Of a stretch of DNA of 58,253 nucleotides, positions 42,948-52,161 are shown piece by piece. The stretch is from a virus (taxonomy: Duplodnaviria > Caudoviricetes), in IMG/VR virus record IMGVR_UViG_3300037465_000242, positions 1 to 58,253 of that record, one strand, 5' to 3'. The notes below the pieces were generated by a model. That model was not told where the DNA came from. It did no database searches and saw only the letters and a program-made list of their open reading frames with translations. Each line of letters starts with the position of its first letter. Position 1 is the first letter of the stretch. A program made the translations under genes and the position numbers.

Positions 42948-45862
42948 GCGGCCCGTCCTTTCCTCTTCGCCTCGCGGGCGAGGTGCTCCTCCCACGTGAT
43001 GTAGCGACCCTCGTCGCCGTGCTCGGCGTCGCCGAACGCGGCGCTGGCACTCTTGCTCCAGTTGCGCATCAGCGCCGGCGAGGCGCGCGCCGGCACGTCG
43101 GGCGTGAGCTCCTGCATCGCGTCGCACATGACGCGGTCGAGCTCCACCGCGGCCTCGTGCGCGTAGTCCTCGGGCGCCTCCACGATGATCTCGTCGTGGA
43201 CGAACACCACCGGGCGGCAGCCGAGCAGCGCCGAGCCCTCGGTGCCCGGGGCGCCGTAACAGCGCTTCGCCACCTCCCACAGCGCGCTCTTGCTGGCGTC
43301 GGCCGCGAGGCCCTGGAACTGGCCGTTGGCGGCCGCGGGGAAGTGGCAGCGCCCGCGGATGCGCCCGGAATAGAGCTGCGTCATCGTCGCCTCGCCGCCG
43401 CCCCTCTCGCACAGGTTCGCGATGATCGAGAAGTAGTCGCGCGCATAGGGCTCGAACTCGAAGTAGCGCGCCTTGAGGTCCTCGGCTTCCTGCTGCGACA
43501 GGCTCAGGCCGTACCCGCGGGCGTAGAGCCTGAACTTCGTGGCGCCCATGCCGCCGGGGAAGCCGAAGATGCATTGACCCGCGACGACCGGGATTCCCCC
43601 GTCGCGCACGAGCACGAACGATGAAGGCACCGACAGACACACGACCTCGCCGCCGTAAGACAGGCTCTCGGGCTCGAGCGCCTCCCCGCGCGTTGCCGAA
43701 TGATCACCGATCGATAGACGCCAAAGCGCGGCGTGCTTCGGGTTCGATTTTTTCTCCCGCGTCAACCGGGATTTTCTCCCGGATAGCGCCGCGATCGCCT
43801 GGAGCACGTCTGCATTCTCACGCTTGGTCGTCGCGAATGCGTAGCGACGGCCTTGCGGAAGCACGTGCGAATCCCAGTGAGTGGCCTCGTCGAGGATCTC
43901 CTCGCGGCACTTCAGCGGGAGCCCGATCCACCAACCCGGCATGGTCTTGTCCGGCGTCAGCAGGCGGCGGACGCGAACGGCCAGCGCCTTGCGGAGATAG
44001 AAAAACGTCACGCGCCCTCGTCGCGTCTCCGTCCAGCCGCTCAGCGGCTCGAGCAAGGCGCGCATGCGTTCGACCTTGCGCTTCTTCGAGAAGCCGAACC
44101 GAATGCCGGCCGTCGTGTAACTCCCGTCGGCCTGCGTTGCGACGGCGAGCCTGAGCAGCGCCCAATCCTGCTGCCCGCCGGGGAAGCGGCCGCTCGACAT
44201 GATGCCGGCGCTCGCCCAACATCGCGCCTTCGGCAGTTCTTCCGGCGTCGTCACGTACGGCTCGCCGTCCTGACGGAACCCGAGCATACGGTGGTCCGGC
44301 GTGACGCGCAGATCGATGCCCTTGTTCTTGAGGCGCACGAGACGCCCCTCCGGCGCCTCTCGGCGCGTCAGCGCCAGCGGCCTCTCCCACGCGATCACGC
44401 ACTCGCCGTCGCGCCCCGGGTAGGCGGCGGCGACCTCGTCCTCGTAGGTCAGGTCAGCAATCCTCGCCCATCCCCGCGAGCGGGTCAGGATCTCCGTGTC
44501 GGGGTGGAAGCACGCCTTCGCTCTTTGCCTCCAGCTCAAGAACTCCGGCTCCTTCGCCTTCTTGCGGCGCAGCGCCTCGGCGTAGTCGATCTGGAGGAGC
44601 TGCGCCGCGAAGTCGGTGTGCGCGTCGTAGCCCGGGTCGGCGCGGAAGCGCTCCGCCAGGCGCGAGCGCCCGACCATCGCCGTGAGCACCTGGGCGAACG
44701 TGCGGACCTCCTGGTTGTCGAAGTCGCAGGCGATCAGGACCATCCCGTCACGGGCGCGGAAGCACTCGCGCACGCCGGGCTCGCGCGGCTGCTGCTGGAG
44801 GTTCGGGTTGCGGCAGCTCGTGCGCCCCGTGTCGCCGCCGAGGACGTCCGTGTCGGCGTGCAGCGGCTTGTCGCCGGCCGCCTCGAGCTTGTCGACGAAC
44901 GTGGAGAGGATCTTCTCGGCGTGCGCGTAGTCGACGAGCCCCTGGAGCGCCGGGTGCGTGCACTGCTCGATGACGTCGGCGGCGGTCTGGATCGCGCCCT
45001 TGGGCGTGCGCGGGACCTCGCCCTCCCCGGCCCACGTCTCCTCGATCAGGGCGCGGATCGCCGCCATCTTCTTCGAGCCCTTCTTCGGGTCGATGAGCCC
45101 CGCGGCGCGGAGCTGCTCGAGCCCGAGCGCCATGTCGGCCCCGAGCTTCGCGCGCAGCTCGCGCACGCGCGGCTGGTCGACCATGATCCCGCGGCACTTC
45201 ATCAATTGCAGCGCGAACGCGAAGGCCGACTGCCTGCCGCACTCCGGCGACCACATCTCGTACTGCGGGAAGTCGCGTGCGACCTGCTGCTCCTGATCGC
45301 CCCACACCGCGATCGTCGCCGCCGCGTCGCTCATCGCGTACTGGCGCGCGCCCTCGGGCCAGAGGTCGATCGGCACGTCGGCCAGGTCGGCGTAGTTGAG
45401 GCGCCAGGTTTCCTTGTCGAGCTCGATGCCCAAGCGCGCGCGGGCCATCTCGTCGAGGGAATAGGTCTTGCGGTAGCCGCGCCCGTCCTGCACCGCGAAG
45501 CGCGAGCCCCGCGCGATGTCGATCAGGATCTCCCTGACCCGGGTGCAGTGGATCCCGAGCGCGTCGTAGGCACCCCAGATCGCCGGGGCGATCTCCTGGA
45601 TCTCCCGCCCGTCGTGGCTTAGGGCGCAGGCGAGATCGTAGCCGATGTTCTGCCCGACGACGAGCACCTCGCCCTTAGCCGCGAGCTCGAGGGCCTCCGC
45701 CAGCCGCGGCAGGCCGCTGACGCGATCGTGCAGCGACACGCCCAGCTCCGCCGACGCTTCCGAGACGCACACGATCGGCGGCGCCATCTCACCCGGCTTG
45801 AACAGGTGCGTCTCGGCATCGAAGCTGATGACTACACGTGAGTCCATGTAGCGCTGCTCCAT
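42944..45862 (-). CDS. family A DNA polymerase with 3'-5' exonuclease and an intein
   Basis: ExoI SFDAET, TGRTS..PNLQQ.PR, motif A DFDNQEVR, motif B RQRAKA/CIFGFPGG, FQGLAAD, motif C VHDE. Confidence 0.95.
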   Translation of the reverse strand: MEQRYMDSRVVISFDAETHLFKPGEMAPPIVCVSEASAELGVSLHDRVSGLPRLAEALELAAKGEVLVVGQNIGYDLACALSHDGREIQEIAPAIWGAYDALGIHCTRVREILIDIARGSRFAVQDGRGYRKTYSLDEMARARLGIELDKETWRLNYADLADVPIDLWPEGARQYAMSDAAATIAVWGDQEQQVARDFPQYEMWSPECGRQSAFAFALQLMKCRGIMVDQPRVRELRAKLGADMALGLEQLRAAGLIDPKKGSKKMAAIRALIEETWAGEGEVPRTPKGAIQTAADVIEQCTHPALQGLVDYAHAEKILSTFVDKLEAAGDKPLHADTDVLGGDTGRTSCRNPNLQQQPREPGVRECFRARDGMVLIACDFDNQEVRTFAQVLTAMVGRSRLAERFRADPGYDAHTDFAAQLLQIDYAEALRRKKAKEPEFLSWRQRAKACFHPDTEILTRSRGWARIADLTYEDEVAAAYPGRDGECVIAWERPLALTRREAPEGRLVRLKNKGIDLRVTPDHRMLGFRQDGEPYVTTPEELPKARCWASAGIMSSGRFPGGQQDWALLRLAVATQADGSYTTAGIRFGFSKKRKVERMRALLEPLSGWTETRRGRVTFFYLRKALAVRVRRLLTPDKTMPGWWIGLPLKCREEILDEATHWDSHVLPQGRRYAFATTKRENADVLQAIAALSGRKSRLTREKKSNPKHAALWRLSIGDHSATRGEALEPESLSYGGEVVCLSVPSSFVLVRDGGIPVVAGQCIFGFPGGMGATKFRLYARGYGLSLSQQEAEDLKARYFEFEPYARDYFSIIANLCERGGGEATMTQLYSGRIRGRCHFPAAANGQFQGLAADASKSALWEVAKRCYGAPGTEGSALLGCRPVVFVHDEIIVEAPEDYAHEAAVELDRVMCDAMQELTPDVPARASPALMRNWSKSASAAFGDAEHGDEGRYITWEEHLAREAKRKGRAA
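43574..44512 (-). mobile_element. intein (313 aa) with LAGLIDADG-type endonuclease region
   Basis: Begins CFHPDTEILT; block B VTPDHR; LAVATQADGS; ends VVCLSVPS.FVLVR.GG...VAGQ followed by Cys+1. Confidence 0.9.
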
Positions 45863-45956
45863 TTTCTCCTCGATCCGTGCCCGTCTCTCCGAGCTGTCAC
45901 GCCTTATTGCAAGGGAAGCCGGCGTTCGCCTCCTGCCTGCGCTTTCGCGCTCTGTG

Positions 45957-46481
45957 TCAGCTCGCCGCCTTCTGCTCGCCCGGCTTGCGGAAGGGCGGCA
46001 GCCCCGCCTTCGCCCGGAGATCGTCGGCCTGATCCTGCGTGATGCCCGCGACCGGGCGCCAGACGTGCTTCGTGAAGTGCTTGCCCGTCTTGCTCGACAC
46101 CTTGTCGTAGCACTCGAGCGACAGGAGATAGCCAGCCGCCGGCTGCTCGACCGAGGTCAGGAGCTTCACGAGGTTCTCGTCGATGCTCTCCTCGGGGATC
46201 CCGAGCGCGAGGAAGAAGCGCTTGGCGTCGTCCTTCGCTCCCGGGTGGCTCGAGTTGAGGACCTGCGCGCAGTCCTGCGTGCCCGGGGGCCGCTCGTCCA
46301 CGCGCGACTCGAGGATGTCGCAGTTGATGATCAGCATCTCCGAGCCCGCCCTGGACGGGTTCTTCGAGTCGAACATCTTGAGCTGCTTGAGCTGCACGAC
46401 GGGATAGAGTCCCGGGAGGAAGAACAGGCCGCTCCCCTCCGTCGGCTTCGCGCCCGCAATCTGGTTAGCAAACATGCCCAT
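45957..46481 (-). CDS. putative single-stranded DNA-binding protein
   Basis: AAGGA RBS; adjacent to the polymerase; KTGKHFTKHVW; function inferred from context. Confidence 0.45.
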   Translation of the reverse strand: MGMFANQIAGAKPTEGSGLFFLPGLYPVVQLKQLKMFDSKNPSRAGSEMLIINCDILESRVDERPPGTQDCAQVLNSSHPGAKDDAKRFFLALGIPEESIDENLVKLLTSVEQPAAGYLLSLECYDKVSSKTGKHFTKHVWRPVAGITQDQADDLRAKAGLPPFRKPGEQKAAS

Positions 46482-46563
46482 GATCCGTTTTCCTTTCGCT
46501 GTACGCTGCTCGCCCTAGCTTCGGGCACGCCCCGGAGCACCATGCGCCGGGGCAACTTCTCGA

Positions 46564-46866
46564 TCAGTCCTGGTAGGCCAGGTCGTTGTCCTCCGCCCAC
46601 CAGCGCGCGACGCAGATGGTCTTCGCCAGCGCGTCCTCGTCGACGAGCTGCGACTTCGGCACCCACAGGTCGCGCCCCGTGAAGCCGCCCGGCGGCAGCT
46701 TGAACAGCACCGCCCTCTCCGTCTCGCGCATGCGAGCGTGGTACTCGACGAGCACGGGCTCCTCGCGTTCCTCCTTCGCCGACTCGGCGCACGAGCGGCA
46801 GAGCTCGAAATCCTCGCCCTTCCAGCCGCCGCACTCGGGGCATTCGTTCTCAGGCTCGAGCGGCAT
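46564..46866 (-). CDS. zinc-ribbon protein
   Basis: CPECGG...LCRSC, ETERAVL, WVPKSQ. Confidence 0.55.
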   Translation of the reverse strand: MPLEPENECPECGGWKGEDFELCRSCAESAKEEREEPVLVEYHARMRETERAVLFKLPPGGFTGRDLWVPKSQLVDEDALAKTICVARWWAEDNDLAYQD

Positions 46867-47366
46867 TGCTCGCCTCCCTGCTCCGCCAATTCCCGGCGTG
46901 CCAGCCTTCGTCTTCCGCGAAGTCGAGCACGCCTTCGTACACATCGCTCTGTTCCTGCTCGGTCATCCGGCGCCCCCGGACACTCGGTCGGGAGCGTGCC
47001 TTCGGCTCCGCCGCACACGTTGCATGCCCCTAACCCGCCTGAGCAGATGCCACAGCCTTCTTTGTCGCAGCGGTGCCAGGCGTGCTGGTGCTTCGGATTG
47101 CTGATCGACAGGATGCAGTATCCAGGCTCAAGCCCCGGGCGCGGCCCGCGGATGACGTACAGCACGCGCACCCACAGCGCGCGGCCTGTATAGCCGCGCG
47201 GAGCCTCGTTGATGCCCTCCGGCCGCGTCGGGTCCCACTCGCGCAAGTGCAGCATATCGCCGGCTTCGTAGCGCGGCTCGCGATCGTCGACGCGCAGCTC
47301 GAAGCGCTTGCGGTAGTTCGCCACGTCGTCGAAGAACTCGGTCCAGATTTTCAGCTCGTGCTTCAC
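46850..47366 (-). pseudogene. ASCH/DUF3850-domain protein with Cys-rich C-terminal domain, single-base frameshift
   Basis: HELKIW..FF..V....KRFELR..DR..Y..GD.LHLREW, YTGR; CNVCGGAEG.LPTECPG continues as MTEQEQSDVYEGVLDF only if one G of the run near 46975 is removed. Confidence 0.6.
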
Positions 47367-49216
47367 GCGACCTCCCCGAGATCACCGACCGCGAGGTCGG
47401 CGTAGAGGAGCTTCTGCCTCGCGCCCGTGGTCTGCTCGATGTAGCGCGCGTCGGCGAGGGCCTGCCGCAGCGACGCGCGGAGCTCGTCCGCGTGCAGCCA
47501 CACCTCGTAGCTCACCTCGTCCGCCTCCTGCCCCTCGCGGTGCGTGCGGCCGAGGAGCTGCTCCCAGGTCTTGCCGCTCGAGGGCGGCGCGACGACGAGC
47601 GAGCGCGACCAGCGCTGGAGGTTCTTGCCCTCCGAGTGGGCCGCGATGCTCGCGATGATCGGGCCGGAAGCGTCGAGGATCTCGGCCGACGCCTTCATGC
47701 CGGCGCCGAAGTAGCGGAAGCCGGACAGCTCGGCGAGGCGCTCCGCGAAGGCGACGTGCTCCGTCCAGGCGATCCCGCCTTCTCCGGGTTCGGCCTGGCT
47801 CTGTTGCAGCCACGCCGCCGCGTGGTGCAGCGCGAACGGGTCGACCCACTCGGCGACCGTGTTGGGCTTGCACGTGTCCTTGACCTCGTGCCACTCGCGC
47901 CAGATCTTCACGAGCGCCTCGTCGCCGCGCCCCTCGTCCGCGAGCCTCGCGAACCAGCGCGACACGAGCAGCTCGGAGTCGAGCCCGCGGCGGTTGTGCT
48001 TGAGGGTCTCACGCACGAGCGCCTTCCACGCCTTGCGCGCCGACAGCCAGCCGGCCGGCGGGGATGGGTCCCAGCGGTAGAAGAAGCCGCACGCGAGCTC
48101 GCGCATGTGCCGCCACAGCTCGACCGCCTCGGCGATCTCGTCGCCGTACGGCGTCGTCCACGTCGTCCGCATCCTGTCCATGTGCCCGAGCACGATGCCC
48201 GGCACGCGCACGGGCGCCTCGACGATGCGCAGCGACACGCCTAGCTCGGACTGCGCCGTCGCCACGACGCCCGGGGTCTCGACGAGGCGCCTGCGGTACC
48301 CGTCGCGCGGCCCCTCGCCCTCGTCGCACAGGCGCGTCAGCGCGCCCGGCCCCTTGCGCTGCTCGTCAGGCACTCCCTCGTCGAGCGCGTCGGCCCAGTC
48401 CGCGAGCTCGCGCCAGGCGTTCGGCAGCGGGGCGAGGTCCGGCTTGAGGGCCCACAGGAGGAGCTGCCAATAATCGCGCAGCGAGCGCTTCGTCACCGAG
48501 CCCGACACCGCGAGAACGCGAGTCTGCGGGTGCTGGCGCATGTACTCCGCGAGGCGCTTCGTGCGGGCCGCCTGCGGGTTCTTCACGCTGTGGCACTCGT
48601 CGAGCAGGATGAGGTCCGGCGCGAGCTCGTGCAGCATGCCTTTGTTCTTGGCGAGCGACAGCTCGGAGTAGCCGACGACGCGCAGGCGGCCGCTGAGCCG
48701 CCAGTGCCGGCGGAGCATCGGGATCACCTTGCGCAAGGTCTGGTCGCGGAGCTGGGCGGGGACGAACAGGACGGGGCGCTCGGCACCGATCACGACCGGC
48801 GCCAGGAGCGTGATCAGGGCCTTGCCCTTGCCGACGCCGATGGGGCCGAACAGGCCGTGCACGGTGCAGAGCTCGATGAGTGCCGCAGCTTGGTTGGGCC
48901 AGAGCGACTTCGGGCAGCGGCAGTGCTCCGAGCACGGCTGGTCGCCGCCCGGGATCCTGAGCAGCGCGTTGAGCTCTTCCGTCGCGGCGCCGAGCGTGGG
49001 GTCGACGTCCCACCTGCGCCGCGGCAGCGCTTCGATGCGCCTGAACTCCTGCGTGGCGTGGACCCCCTCGCGCGCGATGAGCTGCCCCCACCTCGAGCGC
49101 CTCCCGATGTTCTCGATCCCGAACATCATGGCGAGGCGCGCCGAGGCGGACAGGTCGTCGCCGTTCTTCTTCGCCGCCTGGGTCGCGCGGACGAAGTCTG
49201 CGAAGTTGAAGGCCAC
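47363..49216 (-). CDS. SF2 (SNF2-like) helicase
   Basis: GVGKGKAL, LLDECH, AVSGS, EGKNLQ, WEQLLGRTHR. Confidence 0.88.
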   Translation of the reverse strand: MAFNFADFVRATQAAKKNGDDLSASARLAMMFGIENIGRRSRWGQLIAREGVHATQEFRRIEALPRRRWDVDPTLGAATEELNALLRIPGGDQPCSEHCRCPKSLWPNQAAALIELCTVHGLFGPIGVGKGKALITLLAPVVIGAERPVLFVPAQLRDQTLRKVIPMLRRHWRLSGRLRVVGYSELSLAKNKGMLHELAPDLILLDECHSVKNPQAARTKRLAEYMRQHPQTRVLAVSGSVTKRSLRDYWQLLLWALKPDLAPLPNAWRELADWADALDEGVPDEQRKGPGALTRLCDEGEGPRDGYRRRLVETPGVVATAQSELGVSLRIVEAPVRVPGIVLGHMDRMRTTWTTPYGDEIAEAVELWRHMRELACGFFYRWDPSPPAGWLSARKAWKALVRETLKHNRRGLDSELLVSRWFARLADEGRGDEALVKIWREWHEVKDTCKPNTVAEWVDPFALHHAAAWLQQSQAEPGEGGIAWTEHVAFAERLAELSGFRYFGAGMKASAEILDASGPIIASIAAHSEGKNLQRWSRSLVVAPPSSGKTWEQLLGRTHREGQEADEVSYEVWLHADELRASLRQALADARYIEQTTGARQKLLYADLAVGDLGEVA

Positions 49217-49426
49217 GGAGATCGCCTTGACTTCTTCTCGAGCTGCTCGATGCGTTGGCGTAGACGGCGGATCTCGTCGAGCAGGATGCCCCGATCAAGG
49301 GCGGCCCTCCCCACGTTGGTCGGGATGCTGCGACCCGTCCGAGCAGCGTGCTGCTTCACGTAAGTTGCGTGCCGCCTTCGGATGCTGTCGAGCGTGTTGT
49401 CGTCCGCCGTGTACGTCGCGGAGCCC

Positions 49427-50980
49427 TTACGCCAGGCCCGTGCAGACCACGTCAGCGTGCGCGTCGAGGACCGCCTTGACGGCGTAAGCCTCCTCGGAGC
49501 GCCCGTTGACGTAGATCGTGCCTTTCCAATCGCTCTCCTCGAGCCATTTGTCGAAGGCGTGAGCCAGCAGAGCTCGACCTTGCGCGTAGGGGATCAGCGA
49601 CCAGTGCGAGACGCTAGCCTCGTCGGCCACTTGGCGCATGATCGGGGCGAGCAGCTCGACGAGCTGAACCGGGTCGGCGTTATCGCCCGGACGCTTCACG
49701 ATCGCGACGTTGTAGAGGACCGTGAGCTGCGAGCGGTTCTCGCCCTTCGGCTGGCTGGGCGGGGCCCCGTTCGTCTTGGGTCTGCGGGTCTTCTTGGCGG
49801 CCTCGAGCACGGGGCTCGCCTCTTGCGCGGGGGCCGCCTGCGCCGGAGCAGGGGCCTCGGCCGCGGGAATTTCGGCTTGCGCCGGGGCGGGGGCGGGCGG
49901 CGGGATCGCTTGCGCGGGAGCTGCCTGCGAGGGCTTCGCGCCGCCGAGCCCCAGTCTGGCCGCGAGGCCGGAAGCGGTCGACGCTTGCGCGGGAGCATCC
50001 TGCGTCGGTGCCGGAGACGGCGCAGGAGCGGGAGCTGCTTGCGCCGGCGCGGGAGGCGGATTCACGCCCGTGGCGCCCTTCGCGCGCTGCAGCGCCGCGA
50101 GTACCGTGTTAACGCCTGGCGCTTGCGCGGGCGAGAGCTTGTTCTTCATCGCTTGCAGTTGTTCGAAGAGCGGGATCGCCATTTGCTGGTCTCCTTGTTG
50201 AGAGGGCGGCGCTATACCACCCTTTTCATTGGCTGTAAATAGGTTTTTTCGCGCGCCGAAATCGAACTTGCCGAGGCCGCGGCCGACCGAGCATCGATTG
50301 CGATACGGGCAGCCGGTCTTGCCGTACATCGAGCAGGCCTCTGGATTGCCCTCGAGCTGCTCGGCCGGCACCTTGCGCTTGCGGAGCTCGAGCATGGCGT
50401 GCGCCTTCCGCTCGACCGGGCCCCACGCCTCGATCACCTGCGCCGTGGTGCGCACGAGCGAGACGGGCTTCACGCGCGTGCTGTTCTTCTCGAGATAGAT
50501 CCACCGTCCCTCGACCTCGCGGACCGCCTGGCCCGGGAAGAGTTCGAGCGCGGCGCGCGAGTAACCGACGTGCTGCGCGTCGGCGGCGAGCTCGGCGGGC
50601 GTCTTCGCCCACTCGAGCGAGCTCGTGAACTTGTTGTCGGTCACGAGCACACGGCCGTTCTCCGGCGGCGCGACGCAGTCGATGAAGCCGTAGAAGGCGT
50701 CGCCGCGGTCGTTGAGCGGGATCGAGAACTCGTGCTCGACGAGCAGATGCGGCCCTGGCGCAGGGAGGATCCCCGGGCGCATCGCGGCCTGCACGAGCTT
50801 GCCGAGGGCGTCGTCGCCGGGGTGGTCGCCGCGCTTGAGCAGCCCCTCGACGCGCTTGTGGCCGAGGATCCCCTCCTGCTGCGCCTGGCTCGTGGGCTCG
50901 GGGAACCCCTCGATGATCTTGAACGCCCATCGACGCTGGCAGAGGTCGAAGCTCTGCACTTGGCTCGGACTGATCCGCAT
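49427..50980 (-). CDS. PD-(D/E)XK (RecB/Cas4-like) exonuclease with Pro/Ala linker and C-terminal domain
   Basis: ISPSQV..FDLC.RRW, G..GH, GFID, TDNKFT, Q...Y, C..Y...CPY...C; ATG 50980. Confidence 0.85.
   Translation of the reverse strand: MRISPSQVQSFDLCQRRWAFKIIEGFPEPTSQAQQEGILGHKRVEGLLKRGDHPGDDALGKLVQAAMRPGILPAPGPHLLVEHEFSIPLNDRGDAFYGFIDCVAPPENGRVLVTDNKFTSSLEWAKTPAELAADAQHVGYSRAALELFPGQAVREVEGRWIYLEKNSTRVKPVSLVRTTAQVIEAWGPVERKAHAMLELRKRKVPAEQLEGNPEACSMYGKTGCPYRNRCSVGRGLGKFDFGARKNLFTANEKGGIAPPSQQGDQQMAIPLFEQLQAMKNKLSPAQAPGVNTVLAALQRAKGATGVNPPPAPAQAAPAPAPSPAPTQDAPAQASTASGLAARLGLGGAKPSQAAPAQAIPPPAPAPAQAEIPAAEAPAPAQAAPAQEASPVLEAAKKTRRPKTNGAPPSQPKGENRSQLTVLYNVAIVKRPGDNADPVQLVELLAPIMRQVADEASVSHWSLIPYAQGRALLAHAFDKWLEESDWKGTIYVNGRSEEAYAVKAVLDAHADVVCTGLA
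50211..50239 (-). promoter_or_regulatory. intragenic sigma70-like promoter
   Basis: TTTACA-17 bp-TATAGC with TGn extension, AT-rich, followed by AAGGAG and in-frame ATG 50182. Confidence 0.55.
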
Positions 50981-51036
50981 CTCTCGTTTCCTTCGCCTTC
51001 GTCCGCTTCGCGCTCGCGCAGTTCGCAGCCTGCTAC

Positions 51037-52161
51037 CTAGCCGCCTCCGACTATTTGTTGCGCGTCGATCTTGAGCCTCCGCTCCCATATCTCTCGATCC
51101 TCGCGCGACAGCATGCTCAGGACGGACTCGGCCTCGGAGACGCACGCGCCGTGGGCGGGCCCGTCGACCAGGTCGAACCGCTCCAGATCGCCGCGCCTTC
51201 CGCACAGCCTGCATGCTCGAGACCCCGAGGGACTCCACGTCCGCAGGTCGACGTCCTCGTAGCCCGGGGCCTCGTTGCCGACGCAATCCCACCCGTCGCG
51301 GGCGCGCCGGGCGAAGAGCTCTAGCCTCGGGCCCGCGTACATCGCCTCGAGCTTGTCTTGCAGCTCCTCGGGCTTGGCGCTGTGGCGGAGCGCCGGCGAG
51401 CAGTGTGCGTTGAGCTGCGACCGGCTGTCGGGCTTCGGTCGCCCGCGGACGCCGATCAGCGCGTGCTCGGTGCAGCCGCGGAAGTGATGGCCCATGCCCA
51501 TCTGCAGCTTGACCTCGAACGCCGCGTGGTCCTCGCGGTCGAAATCGTGCAGCTCGGCCTCGACGGCCTCGGGCAGGCGCAGGCGCTCGAGGCCCGGGAT
51601 CGTCCGCAGCGCCGGGATCGCGGCCAGCGCGTCGGACCAAAACCGCGACCGGCCCATGAGGCGGTCGAACGCCTCGCGCCCACCGGAGCAGCGGTCGTCG
51701 CCGGCGAGGTCGAGGAGCCGGTTGACCTCGTCGAGGTGCCCGCCCGGGTATGGGCCGAGGCGCTCGCCGCGCGCGTAGGCAGCGTCCGCGCGGGCGCAGT
51801 CGTAGTCGTCGACGCCGGACTCGTGGAGGATCTCGCGCCACGCTTCGCCGAGGTCGGCGAACCTCGGCGGCCTGGGCGGCCGCGGGTTCCTCGCGCCCTT
51901 GAGCCACGTGTAGACCTGCTTGTGCGCGAAGCCCCACGCGGCCATGACCACGAGGCCGTCGGCGAGCAGCGCGGAGGGCGTCCAGAGCGCCAGCACGGCG
52001 TCGGGCGCGCACCAGTCGCCGACCGGGATCGCCGCGATCTCGGCGGTGAGCATGGTCGGGTAGTGATCCACGGAACCGCGCCGAACGGCGGACATGGCAA
52101 GCCTGTCGCCGAACGACCACGGCGGGTCGACGACGATCACCCGATAGGGCTCGAACCTCAT
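51037..52161 (-). CDS. MT-A70 family N6-adenine methyltransferase with insertion
   Basis: VIVVDPPW, HYPTM, LALW, AWGF, GMGHHFR..TEH, HSAKP, RLELFAR, GNE. Confidence 0.88.
   Translation of the reverse strand: MRFEPYRVIVVDPPWSFGDRLAMSAVRRGSVDHYPTMLTAEIAAIPVGDWCAPDAVLALWTPSALLADGLVVMAAWGFAHKQVYTWLKGARNPRPPRPPRFADLGEAWREILHESGVDDYDCARADAAYARGERLGPYPGGHLDEVNRLLDLAGDDRCSGGREAFDRLMGRSRFWSDALAAIPALRTIPGLERLRLPEAVEAELHDFDREDHAAFEVKLQMGMGHHFRGCTEHALIGVRGRPKPDSRSQLNAHCSPALRHSAKPEELQDKLEAMYAGPRLELFARRARDGWDCVGNEAPGYEDVDLRTWSPSGSRACRLCGRRGDLERFDLVDGPAHGACVSEAESVLSMLSREDREIWERRLKIDAQQIVGGG

Noticed and set aside
48360-48372. Other CTGACGA/CTGATGA matches (e.g. ~48363 -, ~37156 -, ~13043 +, ~18912 +) as further hammerheads
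   Set aside because: Inside coding sequence, with no stem II-GAAA-stem III arrangement seen
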